A stretch of 64,000 bases of DNA from Basidiobolus meristosporus CBS 931.73 (lineage: Eukaryota; Fungi; Basidiobolomycota), in the NCBI GenBank assembly GCA_002104905.1, contig MCFE01000272.1:1-64000 (forward strand), given 5' to 3'. A program made the position numbers and the translations under genes. Positions 1 to 12,460 of the stretch are shown one piece after another. Within the stretch, counting starts at the first letter, position 1; each line of letters begins with the position of its first letter. The notes beneath the pieces were generated by a model. It was given only the letters and a program-made list of their open reading frames with translations, was not told the DNA's origin and did no database searches.

Positions 1-650
1 CACCATTTTCCTTGATGTTTGGAAGCAGATACAACCACTTTGGAGACTACCAGAATGCAGAGTAAGCAAGTTTGAATACAGATAAGCTAAAGAACCGACT
101 TGAGTACCTTACCAACATTGTCTACCCTGCTATCAGTGCCAGAAGTAAGGCCTCTCAGCAAAAGATGACTTCAATGTACGCCTCAAGACACAGGAACAGC
201 AGCTTCCCAGATGGGTCATATGTCATGACACTAGATCCAATCCGGCAATCTAAGCTTGACCCCAAGTATGAAGGACCATTCAAGGTTGTCAGACATGCTA
301 CTGGAGGATCTTATGTACTTCAGGATAACACTGGAGCACTGCCACCCAAAAACTTTCCACCTTCTTCACTCAAACTTATTTCTCAAGACCCAGTAACTTT
401 GGAATCCTATGAAGCTGAAGCTATTGTGGACCATGATGGAGAAGAACCAAATTGCCTTTATTTAGTCAAGTGGAAAGGCTATGATGCCAAACACAACACC
501 TGGGAACCTTACACCAACTTTGATGATGTTGCCATTATTGATCAGTATTGGAGCCGCCAAGGAACCCAGAGGGTATCAAAAAACTCTCTTCTGGAAGGAA
601 GTGATGTAGTGCATCAACATTTAAAACTTAGCCAATTTTACTCCGTTTGA
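1..650 (+). pseudogene. pol: 3' end of chromovirus (Ty3/Gypsy) pol: integrase C-terminus, GPY/F motif and chromodomain; runs off the window start
   Basis: Translation shows PFSLMFG at the integrase end, then KYEGPFKVV (GPY/F) and YEAEAIVDH..YLVKWKGY...NTWEP (chromodomain). The frame reads into the LTR. Confidence 0.93.
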
Positions 651-1301
651 AAATCTAGTACCCTAACAGATTTTCCCTAACCCAAACATAACAAATCCCA
701 GTTACAGTTTATTTTATCCCACCTCAGAATCTATTTTTAGCTATCACACCTGATCTATTTTCAAATGGTCATTACGTTATCAACCTATCTGCCAAGCCTT
801 CCCAGGTGATTAGTCATCTGAGATCTATCAAACCACTGTGCAGTTGCCAAGACATCAGTTGTTTGATGATGTAATTTTCATTTATCTTATGCACCTATGA
901 ACACCCAAATTGATTTCAATCAATCCAGTCCCTTGGCGCTTACTAATTCAACTTGATCAGAAAAGTATAAATAAAGTTTACTGAACCTTTTGGTTTAGTG
1001 TGTGTCTCAACAAAATTAAGATTCTGTCTCAGCAAAAATAAGAATCCAACAATTCCATTCTAGTTTCTATCCAAGCCTAGTATATCTAGCAGTCCAAAGA
1101 ATACCAAGCCTAGCCTGCCTAGCAAACAAATATCATTGTCTTTATAGCCAACCCAGCTATATCCAAGACCAATATTAGATCAGAATCTTTCTGCTAATAT
1201 TTCTGCCACTTGCTGACAATTCTAAGATTCTGCACTTAATTGTCACTTTGGTTCAGTTAAACCATTCAAGAGTTTTATTACACTTTCTCTTGGATACAAC
1301 A
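605..1301 (+). repeat. 3' LTR of chromovirus (697 bp), preceded by polypurine tract ~591-604
   Basis: Starts TGTAGTG after GGAAGGAAGTGA and ends CAACA. Homologous to the TSD-bounded solo LTR at 60843-61519. Confidence 0.9.
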
Positions 1302-1847
1302 TTTACCTAATTTTATATATCCTTAAGTATGTCAAATTACATCAATAGACAGTTTTGACATAAGCCTCAATCTTTAAAAGCTTTCTTAGCAACATTGCCA
1401 CTTTTGTAGCCTCACAGGCAGCCATATACTCTGCCTCTGAGATGGAAAGTGTTATGGTTAGTTGCTTTGTTGATTTCCTTGATGTTGCTCCTTTACGGTA
1501 AAGAAAGGTGTATTCTGTGGTGGATCTTTTGTCTTCTAAACTTGGCCCCCAGTCAGCATCAGAGTATCACAATAGATTCTGTTCCAAGTTCTTGTAGGAG
1601 TATCTTAAATAGATATCTGCAGTTCCTTTTAGGCATCTGAAAATCTGCTCAACTGCTGTAATACAGCCAGATCATTTGATCTGATTATGCAGGCTGATAA
1701 CTCCCCCTAAATATGAGATATCTGGATGAGCTCCAAGCATGATATACATTACACTGCCCACCTTAGTTTGGTAAGGGAAGTCAGGGCTTTCCAATGACAC
1801 CCAGCACTCTTAATTTGATAAATTTGACCAAGTTGAGATTTGCGTCT
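1302..1847 (-). pseudogene. pol: Copia C1-family RT/RNase H fragment (target of the chromovirus and of the CMC element)
   Basis: Minus strand reads SDADWGPSLEDKRSTT...SEAEYMAACEATK. It continues collinearly at 12461 after the CMC insertion. Confidence 0.88.
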
Positions 1848-1929
1848 CCCTATGAAGAGTAATTTTGTCCCACAAGTGGACCCAATCTGGATCAACCATC
1901 ATGGCCCCATTTAGAGACCATCATATTAC

Positions 1930-4900
1930 CAGCAGCTTGTAATTAGTAACCCTCTTAAAAATCTTATGATGGGATCACAAAGGTGTTTTGCTAATTTTAC
2001 TGCCAAATAAAGTGATGAACTTTGCAGGATTTTATTGTTGCTGTGACAATAATTGCATGGCATTGTTGTGGTCTTATTGTGCTCCACAACTATTTTATAT
2101 GGACCCAACAGGCCAGGACATCCAATTGCCTTATATGGCAGAAAACTTGACGGTATCTCAATGGCCCTATAGCAAGACTTGGATGGCATTATAATGGCAG
2201 TATGGTGGCCTACAGCTAGTTCTGTATAATGATACTGTACTAATTTACCAAATGGTATATCCTTTTTCTACCTCCTCTAGTGCAATTCCTATATTCCACT
2301 GTGGATTTACCCATATTTATTTGCTTACCCACTACTACCTTGGGCATTCCACATATAGTTTGAATAAAAAAAAACTATGGCCTCCTGCTTACTAACCTCT
2401 ACAAATGTGCACACCTGCCGCAATTGACATACTTCTATCACTGTAATTTAAGGCTTTTTAGTGTGATACTTGCAAAGTTGCCATATACCTTGTACTGCTG
2501 GTAACATATACATCTTGCAAACATATGCTTGGCTGTTACCACTTCTGGCATGAATACCTCCTGAATATCCACAAAGAACTTCTTGGTATCTGGCCAATAT
2601 ATCCCTTCTCCCTGCTGGATTCTAGTCCCCCTTATTGGTGTGCTCTGGCTTTTGTTTGTGCAAATTCCTTATTGAATGGTGTAGAAGTTGGCTTGTGACC
2701 ATGTGAAATCTGGCATATCTTGGTAGAGCTTTCCTGATAAAATTAGTTGCTTGTTGCACCCAACCCAACTTGGCATCACTTAACTGATTAACCACACATT
2801 GGAGCTGCTTAGCTTCCTAATGCCATAGGCATATGTGTCTCCATGTGCACATTTGTCCTCAGTATTTTCCAACTCTTTCTGGCTGTCCTTCATGTGCCAA
2901 TTCATCACATCCATGGTGGACTTGAAGGTAATATTCTTGATGAGACTGGGATATGGTAGTACCTGCAACTTGACTCATCTTCCTATCTCCCCACACATCT
3001 GCTCCATAGGAAACTGCAAAAAGGTAAAGCAAGGCCCAACATTCTCCACACACCATGCAAGATAGAACAGAGAATGGATACAGTAGTGGCAGAAATCTAC
3101 GCATTCAGCTTTATGTTTGTAGTATAGCTGCTCAAATCATGCTACAAACTCTGCACACAACAGCTGTAGATGCATCAAATTAGCATTGGTGATGTGCTTC
3201 TGGATAAGTACTCCTACAATGTCCACAAATGACTCCCAATGCTTCCAATATACTCTTGGTAGGACCAGCTTCAGAATGCCACTTAAAAAAAAACATATCC
3301 TGCTCATCCAGTGTTTGCATTTGTATTGTTGCATATGCAAATGAATATTAATTGGAGCTGTGAGAAGTACTTAGGGTAGCAGATACTCTGCAATATCTTG
3401 CCAATTCTTTCAAATTTCTCCGGTATCTCAAAGGGCTCATTCAGCTTTAAATGCCTCATGTACAACTAGGTCATCAGTATAGGGATATTGTTGAAAAGCA
3501 AATGCATTGCTCCCAGTGGAAATCTTTTGCTCCAGCAGATACCCTCTATCTTGAATATCTCCAGTCTCCAATTGATTCCATATTCTGGCCAATGGGTTAT
3601 AGCTTGTCTACTTTGCTGCAATTGCATGCTGACTTCTATACATTCTCTCAGTAGAAAGATGATGTTCTTAGCACAGGTGCTTGGGTAATAATAATAGACT
3701 TGTTCCGTTGGATAGTGCCACATTGAGCCATGAGTGCCAAATAGTGCCATAGTGTGCCTGAGAGTCATAGCAGACCTAAACTTGGCCACAAAGTGTGGCA
3801 TATAGTTCTCCATATTCGTGCAAAGCAACCCCTGTGTTTCACCTAGTGTGTGGGAGAAAATCAATTTTTTAACCTTTTTTTTAGGATCAAAATTGTGCAT
3901 GACGTAAAAGAGCACAGACAGACTGAAGATATGCATCTGGTACATAATACCCATGGCACTCTAAATCTAGCCCCACAGGCTTGTAGCATGTCACAAAAAT
4001 GCATGGCACTATCTTGGTCCACTGGTACTATCTGGCACTATATTTAAATATTAGCCCTAAAGTAGAACCTATACAAAGCACTTATAGTGCCAGATAGTAC
4101 CAGTGGACCAAGATAGTGCCATGCATTTTTGTGACATGCTACAAGCCTGTGGGGCGAGATTTAGAGTGCCATGGGTATTATGTACCAGATGCATATCTTC
4201 AGTCTGTCTGTACTCTTTTACGTCATGCACAATTTTGATCCCAAAAAAAAGGTTAAAAAATTGATTTTCTCCCGCACAGTAGGTGAAGTACAGGGGCTGC
4301 TTTGCATGAATATGCAGAACTATATGTCCCACTCTGTGGCCAAGTTTAGGTCTGCTATGACTCTCAGGCACACTATGGCACTATTTCGCACTCATGGCTC
4401 AATGTGGCACTATCCAACGGAACAAGTCTAGTGTGCATGAGTTTTGGAATAAATTCCCTGGATCTCACACATTTGACAGCAATACCATCCATTGTGCCCA
4501 AGAAACCTGCTATCTTACTGATGGCTGAGGTATCTCCAATGCAGATAATAATACATGCTTTTACATGATGGCCATTTACTCTTATCCTGCCTGAAAGCAT
4601 ACAAAGTTCATCCAGCAATGGATACAGGTAGTTATCCAGGTTGGACAGTGATTTAGGCCCAGAAACCAGTGAGACTACCATCAGATTATTGCTCTGATAC
4701 CATAAGATGGGCAACAGATTCAGATTGATGAGAATCAGCAGCTGGCAGAATTTGCTGGTAGAGTACTTGTTTAATGAGAATTCAGCAAATACAAAAGCAA
4801 AGGCATGATCATACATACCTTCAAAGTTGCCCTTGCTTCTTAGCTGTTTGTAATGATTGCCATCAAATATACTGCATATATATGTGCTTGATTGATACTG

Positions 4901-5891
4901 AGTGTGGTGCTGTAAAGCTTTGCAATATTTGTTGGACTGCATCAGCTCCCTCAGACAGGGTATAACCAGAATATATTGTGAGTGTGAAGGATGTTTTCCC
5001 TTAATGGTGGTGGATTCCTGACAATTTTGACACATTGCAATGGTAGCATTTTTGGATGTGAATGCCATGCAACTTTTAACACATGCAGAAACAGGACAGT
5101 CTCTGCATCTTATGTTCCCAGCCTCATGATGGTTGTCCACTTGTACCATGTATATGGTAAGTTGCATCCTGGTATGATTTTGGCAAGAAATAGTAATAAA
5201 TCCGCAAAGCCCCCATTAGTGATATTAGCGGAAATGCGCCACTTCTCTAGCCACAACATACATCATTCACCAGTAGATGGATTACTGGGCTCACTTGGCT
5301 CCATAAAGTATCCTTGGCATCCATTTCAATGGGTGTTATCTCATTGTATATGGAAATTTGACCAGGCTCAAATGTGGCACTATTGTTAGGGGAGATTGGC
5401 TCAAAATCCATCAGTGACCCTTATTTGTCAGAGCTATCACTTTGCATGCCATATTCAGAAGGCTGAGGTGAGCCTAAAGGTGTCACAAACCTACCTGACA
5501 CAGTTTGCGCAAGGTGACAAAGACAGCCAGGTGCCAATATAGAAGTATCAACTAGCCGGCAAGATGATGTTGGTGCAGTAGTGACCAATAAATGGTCAAA
5601 TATGACTTGTGTGGGAAAGCATTGGCTTTTATCCTTGTAATACTTCCTATGCTGTCTGTGTGCTTCAAGGCTGAGAGGCTTGCCACAATAGCCACATGTT
5701 CTTTTTTCTCATCTCTTATGGCATTGAGTCAAAGTAGTCTTGTTCATGGGGCAAACAGTCTGACCTTCAACAATGTAATGCTATTATATCACTTTTAGGT
5801 CAATACTGATATGAACTTAAGACAGTCTGGTATTTGAGACATGGCACCTACATGAATGTAAGATTCAATAATGACCTGCCATAGTAAGCAT
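1930..5891 (-). pseudogene. CMC/EnSpm transposase (Transposase_21/tnp2-like), frameshifted and interrupted by the palindromic MITE; ends approximate
   Basis: Fragments LILINLNLLP..YQ..NLMVVSLVSGPK...YLYPLLDEL, CIGDTSAISKIAGF, MHLLFNNI and HSL..LAW.VENVGP match tnp2-family motifs. Confidence 0.85.
3696..4429. mobile_element. Fold-back (palindromic) MITE, copy 1: arms 3696-4042 and 4083-4429, 40-bp spacer
   Basis: Long inverted repeat with termini AGACTTG...CAAGTCT and flanks AAT/AGT. A 3-bp TSD restores the length of the uninterrupted transposase at ~9370-9395. Confidence 0.92.
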
Positions 5892-5969
5892 TATAGATAA
5901 AGTTGTGGCATCACATACACATGTATATGTAACACTATTTCCCCTTTGGCTTGGCTCACTTCCATATAG

Positions 5970-7923
5970 ATGCCGCCAAAAAATAAAGCAAAGTTGTCTG
6001 GTTCCCAACTAAGCCCCACTGCTGATGGCAGTGGAAGAACAGATGGACAACAGCTTGCTTTGACATTGAGTGCAACAAGCAGGGCTACATCCAAAAAAGG
6101 CCCTGTGGACAGTGTGCCCATTGAAGGTCATAATGTGGACTCCTAAGGCTCTCAGTTAAGTAGGCAATTGAGAACTTCAGCAGAGCCACAAGCTGAACAT
6201 TATGCTCAGGCGGATGAGATTGTAGCAAGCACAGTATCCTCAGTTGGAGGCCAGCATGTGGCCATGATAACATCACCACCACCCATATTAGCAAGTATGT
6301 TGTCAGCTCATACCAAAGCATTAATGAAGCAATTAGGTGGAGTGGCTGATAGGATATATGCAATGGCCCAGAGAAATCAGGAAATAGTCCAGAAGCAGGA
6401 TGAGTGGATAATACATGTAGAGCAATCAATATCCCAGGTAGAGAAAGCGGTATCTTTGCTGCAAAGAAGCAACTCAAGTAGCTCAATGTCACAGCCAAGA
6501 ATTGGGCTATTTCCTGATGTACCAGCAGAGGAACACTGTACTGTCTTTGAAGCACAACAACAGTGCCCAAAGATAAAGCCCACAGGAAAATCTACCAAAG
6601 AATGGGAGGGAGACAATGTGGTGTTTATACCAAAGCTTAAAAATCAAAAGACATTGAAGATCTGTGAAGCCATTGAGTGCAATAATGAAGAGTGCGCTAA
6701 TATTCAAGAGGCCATCAGAAGTCTGGCATGCCATCACCTCAAGGCTGGCATACCATGGGACCATACAGAACTTAAGGCCAAGCAGAATTCACTTAACTTG
6801 TTCCATGAGCACTATCCTGGATTCAAACGGGCAATCAGATTTTGGGCCAGCATTGGTATGCTAAGAGAGTATCTTAAGAATAGCAGAAACTATCAAAGGC
6901 AGAAGAATAAGGGTGCCATGGCTAAAAACCAGCGGCTTCCTCAAGAGCCTGTTACAAGCAGCACCAAAAGCTCTAGACAAGCATCAACAAGATGTCAGGT
7001 AGCTGGCCGAGTGCCAATTAGGGACAAGCAGGCAGACATGGATGCACTGGCACCACATTTAACAAGGAAAAAGCGTAGTACCACACTGGAAGAACCCAGT
7101 CAAAGAAGCAGTGAAGGACCTGGCAGTGATAAAAACCAGCTGCTTTTACAGGAGCCCATCACAACTATGGTGAGGGCTCAAAACAAGTGGAAAAGGAATG
7201 TCAGGTTGCCAGAAGAGTGCTGGCAAGGAACAATCAGGCCAAAACAGATGCATCAGAGCCAATTTAACTAGGAGAAAACATAGTTCTTTACAAGAAGCAT
7301 TCAGACAAAGTAGCAGTGAAAGACCTGACAGTGATAAAGGAAAAGGTAGAGGGAAAAATGTCTACACAATCCTGAGACAGGGAGGCATGCCAAGAAAACT
7401 GCAGTTCTTGTCAATTAGTGCTGTAAGCCAGGAACAGACTGAATCCCATCATAGCCAAGGAGAATTGCCAACAAGAAAACAGCTGTTTTCACAAAAGTTG
7501 GAAGCACATCCAGCTTAGCTACACTCCAGCCAGGTAGATGAGTTTGCAGAAAAAGGCAATTCATCTGGCACAGCCTCCAGATCCTCTGCTGCTGACAGAG
7601 TGGAGATCCCACTGACAGACACAGCTACAATGTCAAGAGCTGGAAAGACTATCACAATGCCTTCTGTGGAGTTTTGGGACACTAATAGGCACACCAAGAG
7701 GTTGCAGCACTTCTTGAAGAGTAGTGCCCAAGAAAATGCACTGGAATATTGCAAGGATTTATTGCAACGGCTGGCAGATGAGGTGTCCAGCCTTGCAGTG
7801 TTGGCTGAAGACCAGGACATGTGGGAACCAATGAATGAACAGTGGCATAAAGCTGTTGGGTCCTGCCAAAGTTGTGGAGCCAGAGCGTTACAGCAGAAAC
7901 ACTTATTGAGTGGTGGATTTTAA
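5970..7923 (+). pseudogene. CMC element second gene (ORF2, TnpA-like position), divergent from the transposase; unknown protein of about 650 aa
   Basis: ATG at 5970 (MPPKNKAK) is in frame with ORF 6168-7271, and the gene continues after a frameshift to 7923. Homologous copies lie at 10303-12190, ~26090-27540, ~33520-34250 (-) and ~52730-53760 (-). Confidence 0.75.
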
Positions 7924-8366
7924 TGGTGTTACTTGTTGAGAATGGGGTTGGGCTTAATGTTAGTGTAGGGTAGAGGGACTTGTACAGGTCAATACAATTG
8001 GCAATTGAGGTACAACTGAAGCTTCAATGGAAATAAATCAACTTGTTTGCATGAAAAGTAAGAGAAATGGTTAAGTCAGGAAGTAAGGAGTGTGAAAAAG
8101 AGGCAATAGCCAATCAATGGTCACAAATGTAGGAGGTGATAGAGCTTCTGGGATCACAAAGGGAGCAAGTTGGCAGGGAACCAATCTAAAGCCACTCATG
8201 TAATGTTGTGATGAAAAATTTTGACAAAGTTTTTTGTGAGACCTGGGGGCAATTATTTTTCAACAGTCTATGGACAGTGGCCTGATGGGATCAGTACCTC
8301 TTGGTCACAGAACTTTAACTTTGTGACAGCCTTTTGACAGGATCATCTCAATAATTTTTCATAGGG

Positions 8367-11300
8367 GTAGAGGTTGGCTTGTGACCAAGAGAAATCCAGC
8401 ATACCTTGGTAGAGTTTCCTAATAAAAATTAGTTGCTTGTTGCACCCAACCCAACTTTGCATTACTTAACTAATTACCCATGCATTGAGGCTGCTTAGCT
8501 TCTTAATACCATAGGCATAGGTGTCTTCATGTGCACCTCTGTCCTCAGTATTTTTCAACTCTTCCTGGCTGTCCTCCATGTGCCAACTCATTACATCCAT
8601 GACAGACTTGAAGGTAATATTCTTGATGAGATTGGGATACAGTAATACCTGCACCTTGACTTATCTTCCTATCTTTCAACACATCTGCTCCATAGGAAAG
8701 TTTCCAAAAGGTGAAGCAAGGCCCAGCATTCTCCACACACCATGCAAGATGGAGTAGAGAATGGATACAGTAGTAGCAGAGATCTAGGTGTTCAGCTTTA
8801 TGTTTGTAGTATAGCAACTCAAGTCCTGTCACAAACTCTTGGCACAACAGCTGTTGATGCATCAAGTTGGCATTGGTGATCTGCTTCTGGATAAATATTC
8901 CTACAATGTCCACATATGACTCCCAATGCTTCCAATATACTCTAGGTAGGAATGGCTTCAGAATGCCACTTGAATAAATACATATCTAGTTCATCCAGTG
9001 TTTGCATTTGTGTTGTTGCATGTGCATATGAGTATTGATTGGAGCTTGTGAGAAGTATTTACAGTAGCAGATACTCTGTAATATCTTGCCAATTCTTTCA
9101 AATTTCTCCGGTATCTCAAAGGGCTCATTCAGCTTTAAATGCCCCATGTACAACTAGGTCATCAGTATAGGGATATTGCTGAAAAGCAAATGCATTGCTC
9201 CCAGTGGAAAGCTTTTGCTCCAGCAGATACCCTCTATCTTGAATATCTGCAGTCTCCAATTGATTCCATATTCTGGCCAATGGGTTATAGCTTGCCTACT
9301 TTGCTGCAATTGCATGCTGACTTCTATAGATCCTCTCTGTGGGAAGGTGATGTTCTTAGTGCTGGTGTTTGGGTAATAACAATGTATGTGAGTTTTTGAG
9401 TAAATCCCTTGGATCTCACACATCGGCCAGCAATACCATCCATTGTGCCTGGAAAAACCTGCTTTTTACTGATGGCTGTGGTATCATCCAAATTGCATCC
9501 TGGAATGATTTTGGGAGGAAGTAGTAATGAATCCTCAAAGCCCCCATTACTGATATTAGTGGAAATGCACCACTTCTCTAGCCACAACATTACATTATTC
9601 ACTAGTGGATATATTACTGGGCTCACTTGGCTCAATAAAGTATTCTTGACATTTGTTTCAACACGTGTTGTCTCATTGCATATTGGGAATTCACCAGGCT
9701 CATACATGGTACTGTTGTTAGGGGAAATAGGCTTACAGTCCATCAGTGAACCTTCTTTGTCAGTGCTATCACTCTGCATGCCATATTCAGAAGGTTGAGG
9801 TGTGCCTAACAGTGCCACAAACCTGCCTGACTCAGTTTGCGTAAGGTGACAACAATGGCCAGGTGCCAATACAGCAGTATCAGCTGGCCAACAAGATAAT
9901 GTTGGTACAGTAGTGACCAATAAATGGTCAAATATGACTTATGTGGGAAAAAAACTGGCTGTGATCCTTGTAATACTTTGTATGCTGTCTGCAAGCTTCA
10001 TGACTGAGAGGCTTGCTACAATAGCAACATGGTCTTTTCTCTCTTCTCTTATGGCATTGAGTCAAAGTAGTCTTGTCCATGGGGCAAACAGTTTGACCTT
10101 CAACAATGTAATTCTATTATATCACTTTTTGGTCAATACTGATGTGAACTTAAGATAGTCTTGTATCTGAGATATTGCACCTACATGAGTATAGGATTCA
10201 ATGATGACCTGCCATAGTAAGCATTATAAATAAAGCTGTGGCACTGCATACACATGCATATGTACAGCTATTTCCCCTTTGGTTTGACTCACTTACATTT
10301 AAATGCCGCCAAAAAAAAAAGCAAAGTCATCTGGTTTCCCACCAAACCCCACTGCTGACAGCAGCAGAAGAACAGATGGACAACAGCTTGCTTTGACATT
10401 CAGTACAACAAGCAGTGCTACATCCAAAAAAGGCCATGTTAACAGTATGCCCACTCAATGTAATAATGCAGACTCCTCAGGCAAATGAGAATGTAGCAAA
10501 TGCAGTACCCTTAGTCAAGGACCAGCAGCCAGCCCTCATAACATCACCATCACCCATATTAGCAAGTATATTATCAGCTCATACCAAAGCATTAATGAAG
10601 CAATTAGGTGCAGTGGCTGATAGGATATATGCAATGGCCCAGAGAAATAAGGAAATAGTCCAGAAACAGGATGAGCCATTAATACGTGTATCAATATCCC
10701 AGGTAGAGAAAGCACTATCTTTGCTACAAAGAAGGAACTCAGGTAGCTCTAGGTCACAGCTAAGAGTTGAGTCATTTCCCAATGAAACAGTAGAGGAACA
10801 CCATACAGTCTTTGAAGCATAACAACAGTGCCCAAAGATAAGTCCCTCAGAAAAGCCTATCACAGCATGTGAGGGATAAAATGTGGTGTTTATACCAAAT
10901 CCTAAAAATCAAAAGACATTGAAGATCTGTGAGGCCATTGAGTGCAATAATGAAGAGTGGGCTAATATTCAAGAGGCCATCAGAAGTCTAGCACGCCATC
11001 ACCTTAAGGCTAGCATACTATGGGAACATCCAGAACTCAAGGCCAAGCAGAATGCACTTAACTTGTTCCATGAGCACTATCCTGGATTCAAATGGGCAAT
11101 CAGATTTTGGGCCAGCATTGGTATGCTAAGAAAGTATCTTAAGAATAGCAGAAACTATCAATGGCAGAAGAATAAGGGTGCCATGGCTAAAAACCAGCAG
11201 CTTCCTCAAGAGCCTGTTACAAGCAGGGCCAAAAGCTCCAGACAAGCATCCACAAAATGTCAGGTAGCTAGCAGCGTGCCAATTAGGGACAAGAAGGCAG

Positions 11301-12460
11301 ACATGGATGCACCAGCACAACATTATTAAGGAAAAAGCATAGTATCACTCAAGAAGCACTCAGTCAAAGTAGCAGTGGAGGATCTGGCAATGATAAAAAC
11401 CAGCAGCTTTTATAGGCACCCATCATAACTACAATTGAGAGCTCACAACAAGTGGAAAAGCAACATCAGGTTGCCAGGAGAGAGCCAGCAAGGGACAAGT
11501 AGGCTAAAGCAGATGCGTCAGAGCAGAATTTATCAAGGAGAAAACATAGATCTCTATAAGAACCACTCAGACAAAGTGGCAATGAAAGACCTGGCCGTGA
11601 TGAAGAAAAAGGTAAAGGGGAAAATGTCTACCCAAGCCTGAGACAGGGAGTCATGCAAAAAAAACTGCAGTTCTTACCAATTAATGCCACAAGCCTAGAA
11701 CAGACTGAATCCCATCATAGCCAAGAAGATTTACCAACAAGAAAGCAGCTGTTTTCACAAGAGTTGGAAGCACAACCAGTTATGCTACACTCCAGCCATG
11801 TAGATGAGTTTGCAGAAAAAGGCAATTTGTCTAACACAGCCTCCACATCCTCCAGAGTTGACAGAGTGGAGATTCTACTGACAGACAAGGTACAACATCA
11901 AGAACTTGAAAAACTATCATGATGCCTTCAGTAGAATTTTGGAACATTAATAGGCACACCAAGAGGTTGCAGCACTTCTTCAAGAGCGGTGGTCAAGAAA
12001 ACACACTTAAATATAGCAAGAACTTATTTTAATGACTGACAGATGAGGAGCTTGACCTTACAGTGCTGGCTGAAGACCAGGACATATAGGAAGCAGTGAA
12101 TGAACAGTGCCATAATGCTGTTGGGTTCCCATAAAAGTTGTGGAACCAGAGCATTACAGCAGAAATACTTATTGAGTGGTGGATTTTGATGGAGTTACTT
12201 GTTGAGAATGGGGTTGGGCTTAATGTTAGTGTAGGGTAGAGGGACTTGTACAGGTCAATACAATTGGCAATTGAGGTACAACTGAAGCTTCAATGGAAGT
12301 AAATAAATTTGTATGCATGAAAAGTAAGAGAAATGGTTGAGTCAGGAAGTAATTTCAATTGTCTCTGGATGGTGTCCTGACAGGATCAGTACCTCTTAGT
12401 CACAGGACTTTAACTTTGTGATGGCCTTTTGATGAGGTTATTACAATAATTTTCATAGGG
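8367..12460. mobile_element. Second CMC unit lacking its left ~840 bp, with an internal deletion in the transposase near 9485; ORF2 copy at 10303-12190
   Basis: Starts at sequence equivalent to ~2685 of unit 1, is collinear with unit 1, and ends TTCATAGGG. Confidence 0.85.

Larger units (their letters stand above)
1848..12460. mobile_element. CMC/EnSpm (CACTA-like) composite insertion: two tandem units bounded by CCCTATGAA inverted termini and a GTCT TSD
   Basis: Left end CCCTATGAAG at 1848; right ends TTCATAGGG at 8366 and 12460. GTCT occurs at 1844-1847 and 12461-12464. Removing the insert restores the Copia RT length seen near 59150-59180. Confidence 0.88.

Noticed and set aside
3695-4430. 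TA target duplication, which would make the palindrome a Tc1/mariner (Stowaway-like) MITE
   Set aside because: The TA model leaves both reconstructed empty sites 3 bp too long. The 3-bp model fits exactly, and the related element at 36927 has a perfect ATT TSD.
3466-4431. Overlapping near-identical ORFs on both strands (3850-4047, 4069-4371, 3466-3954, 4171-4431)
   Set aside because: They are a by-product of the palindrome, and the frames are not conserved in copy 2.
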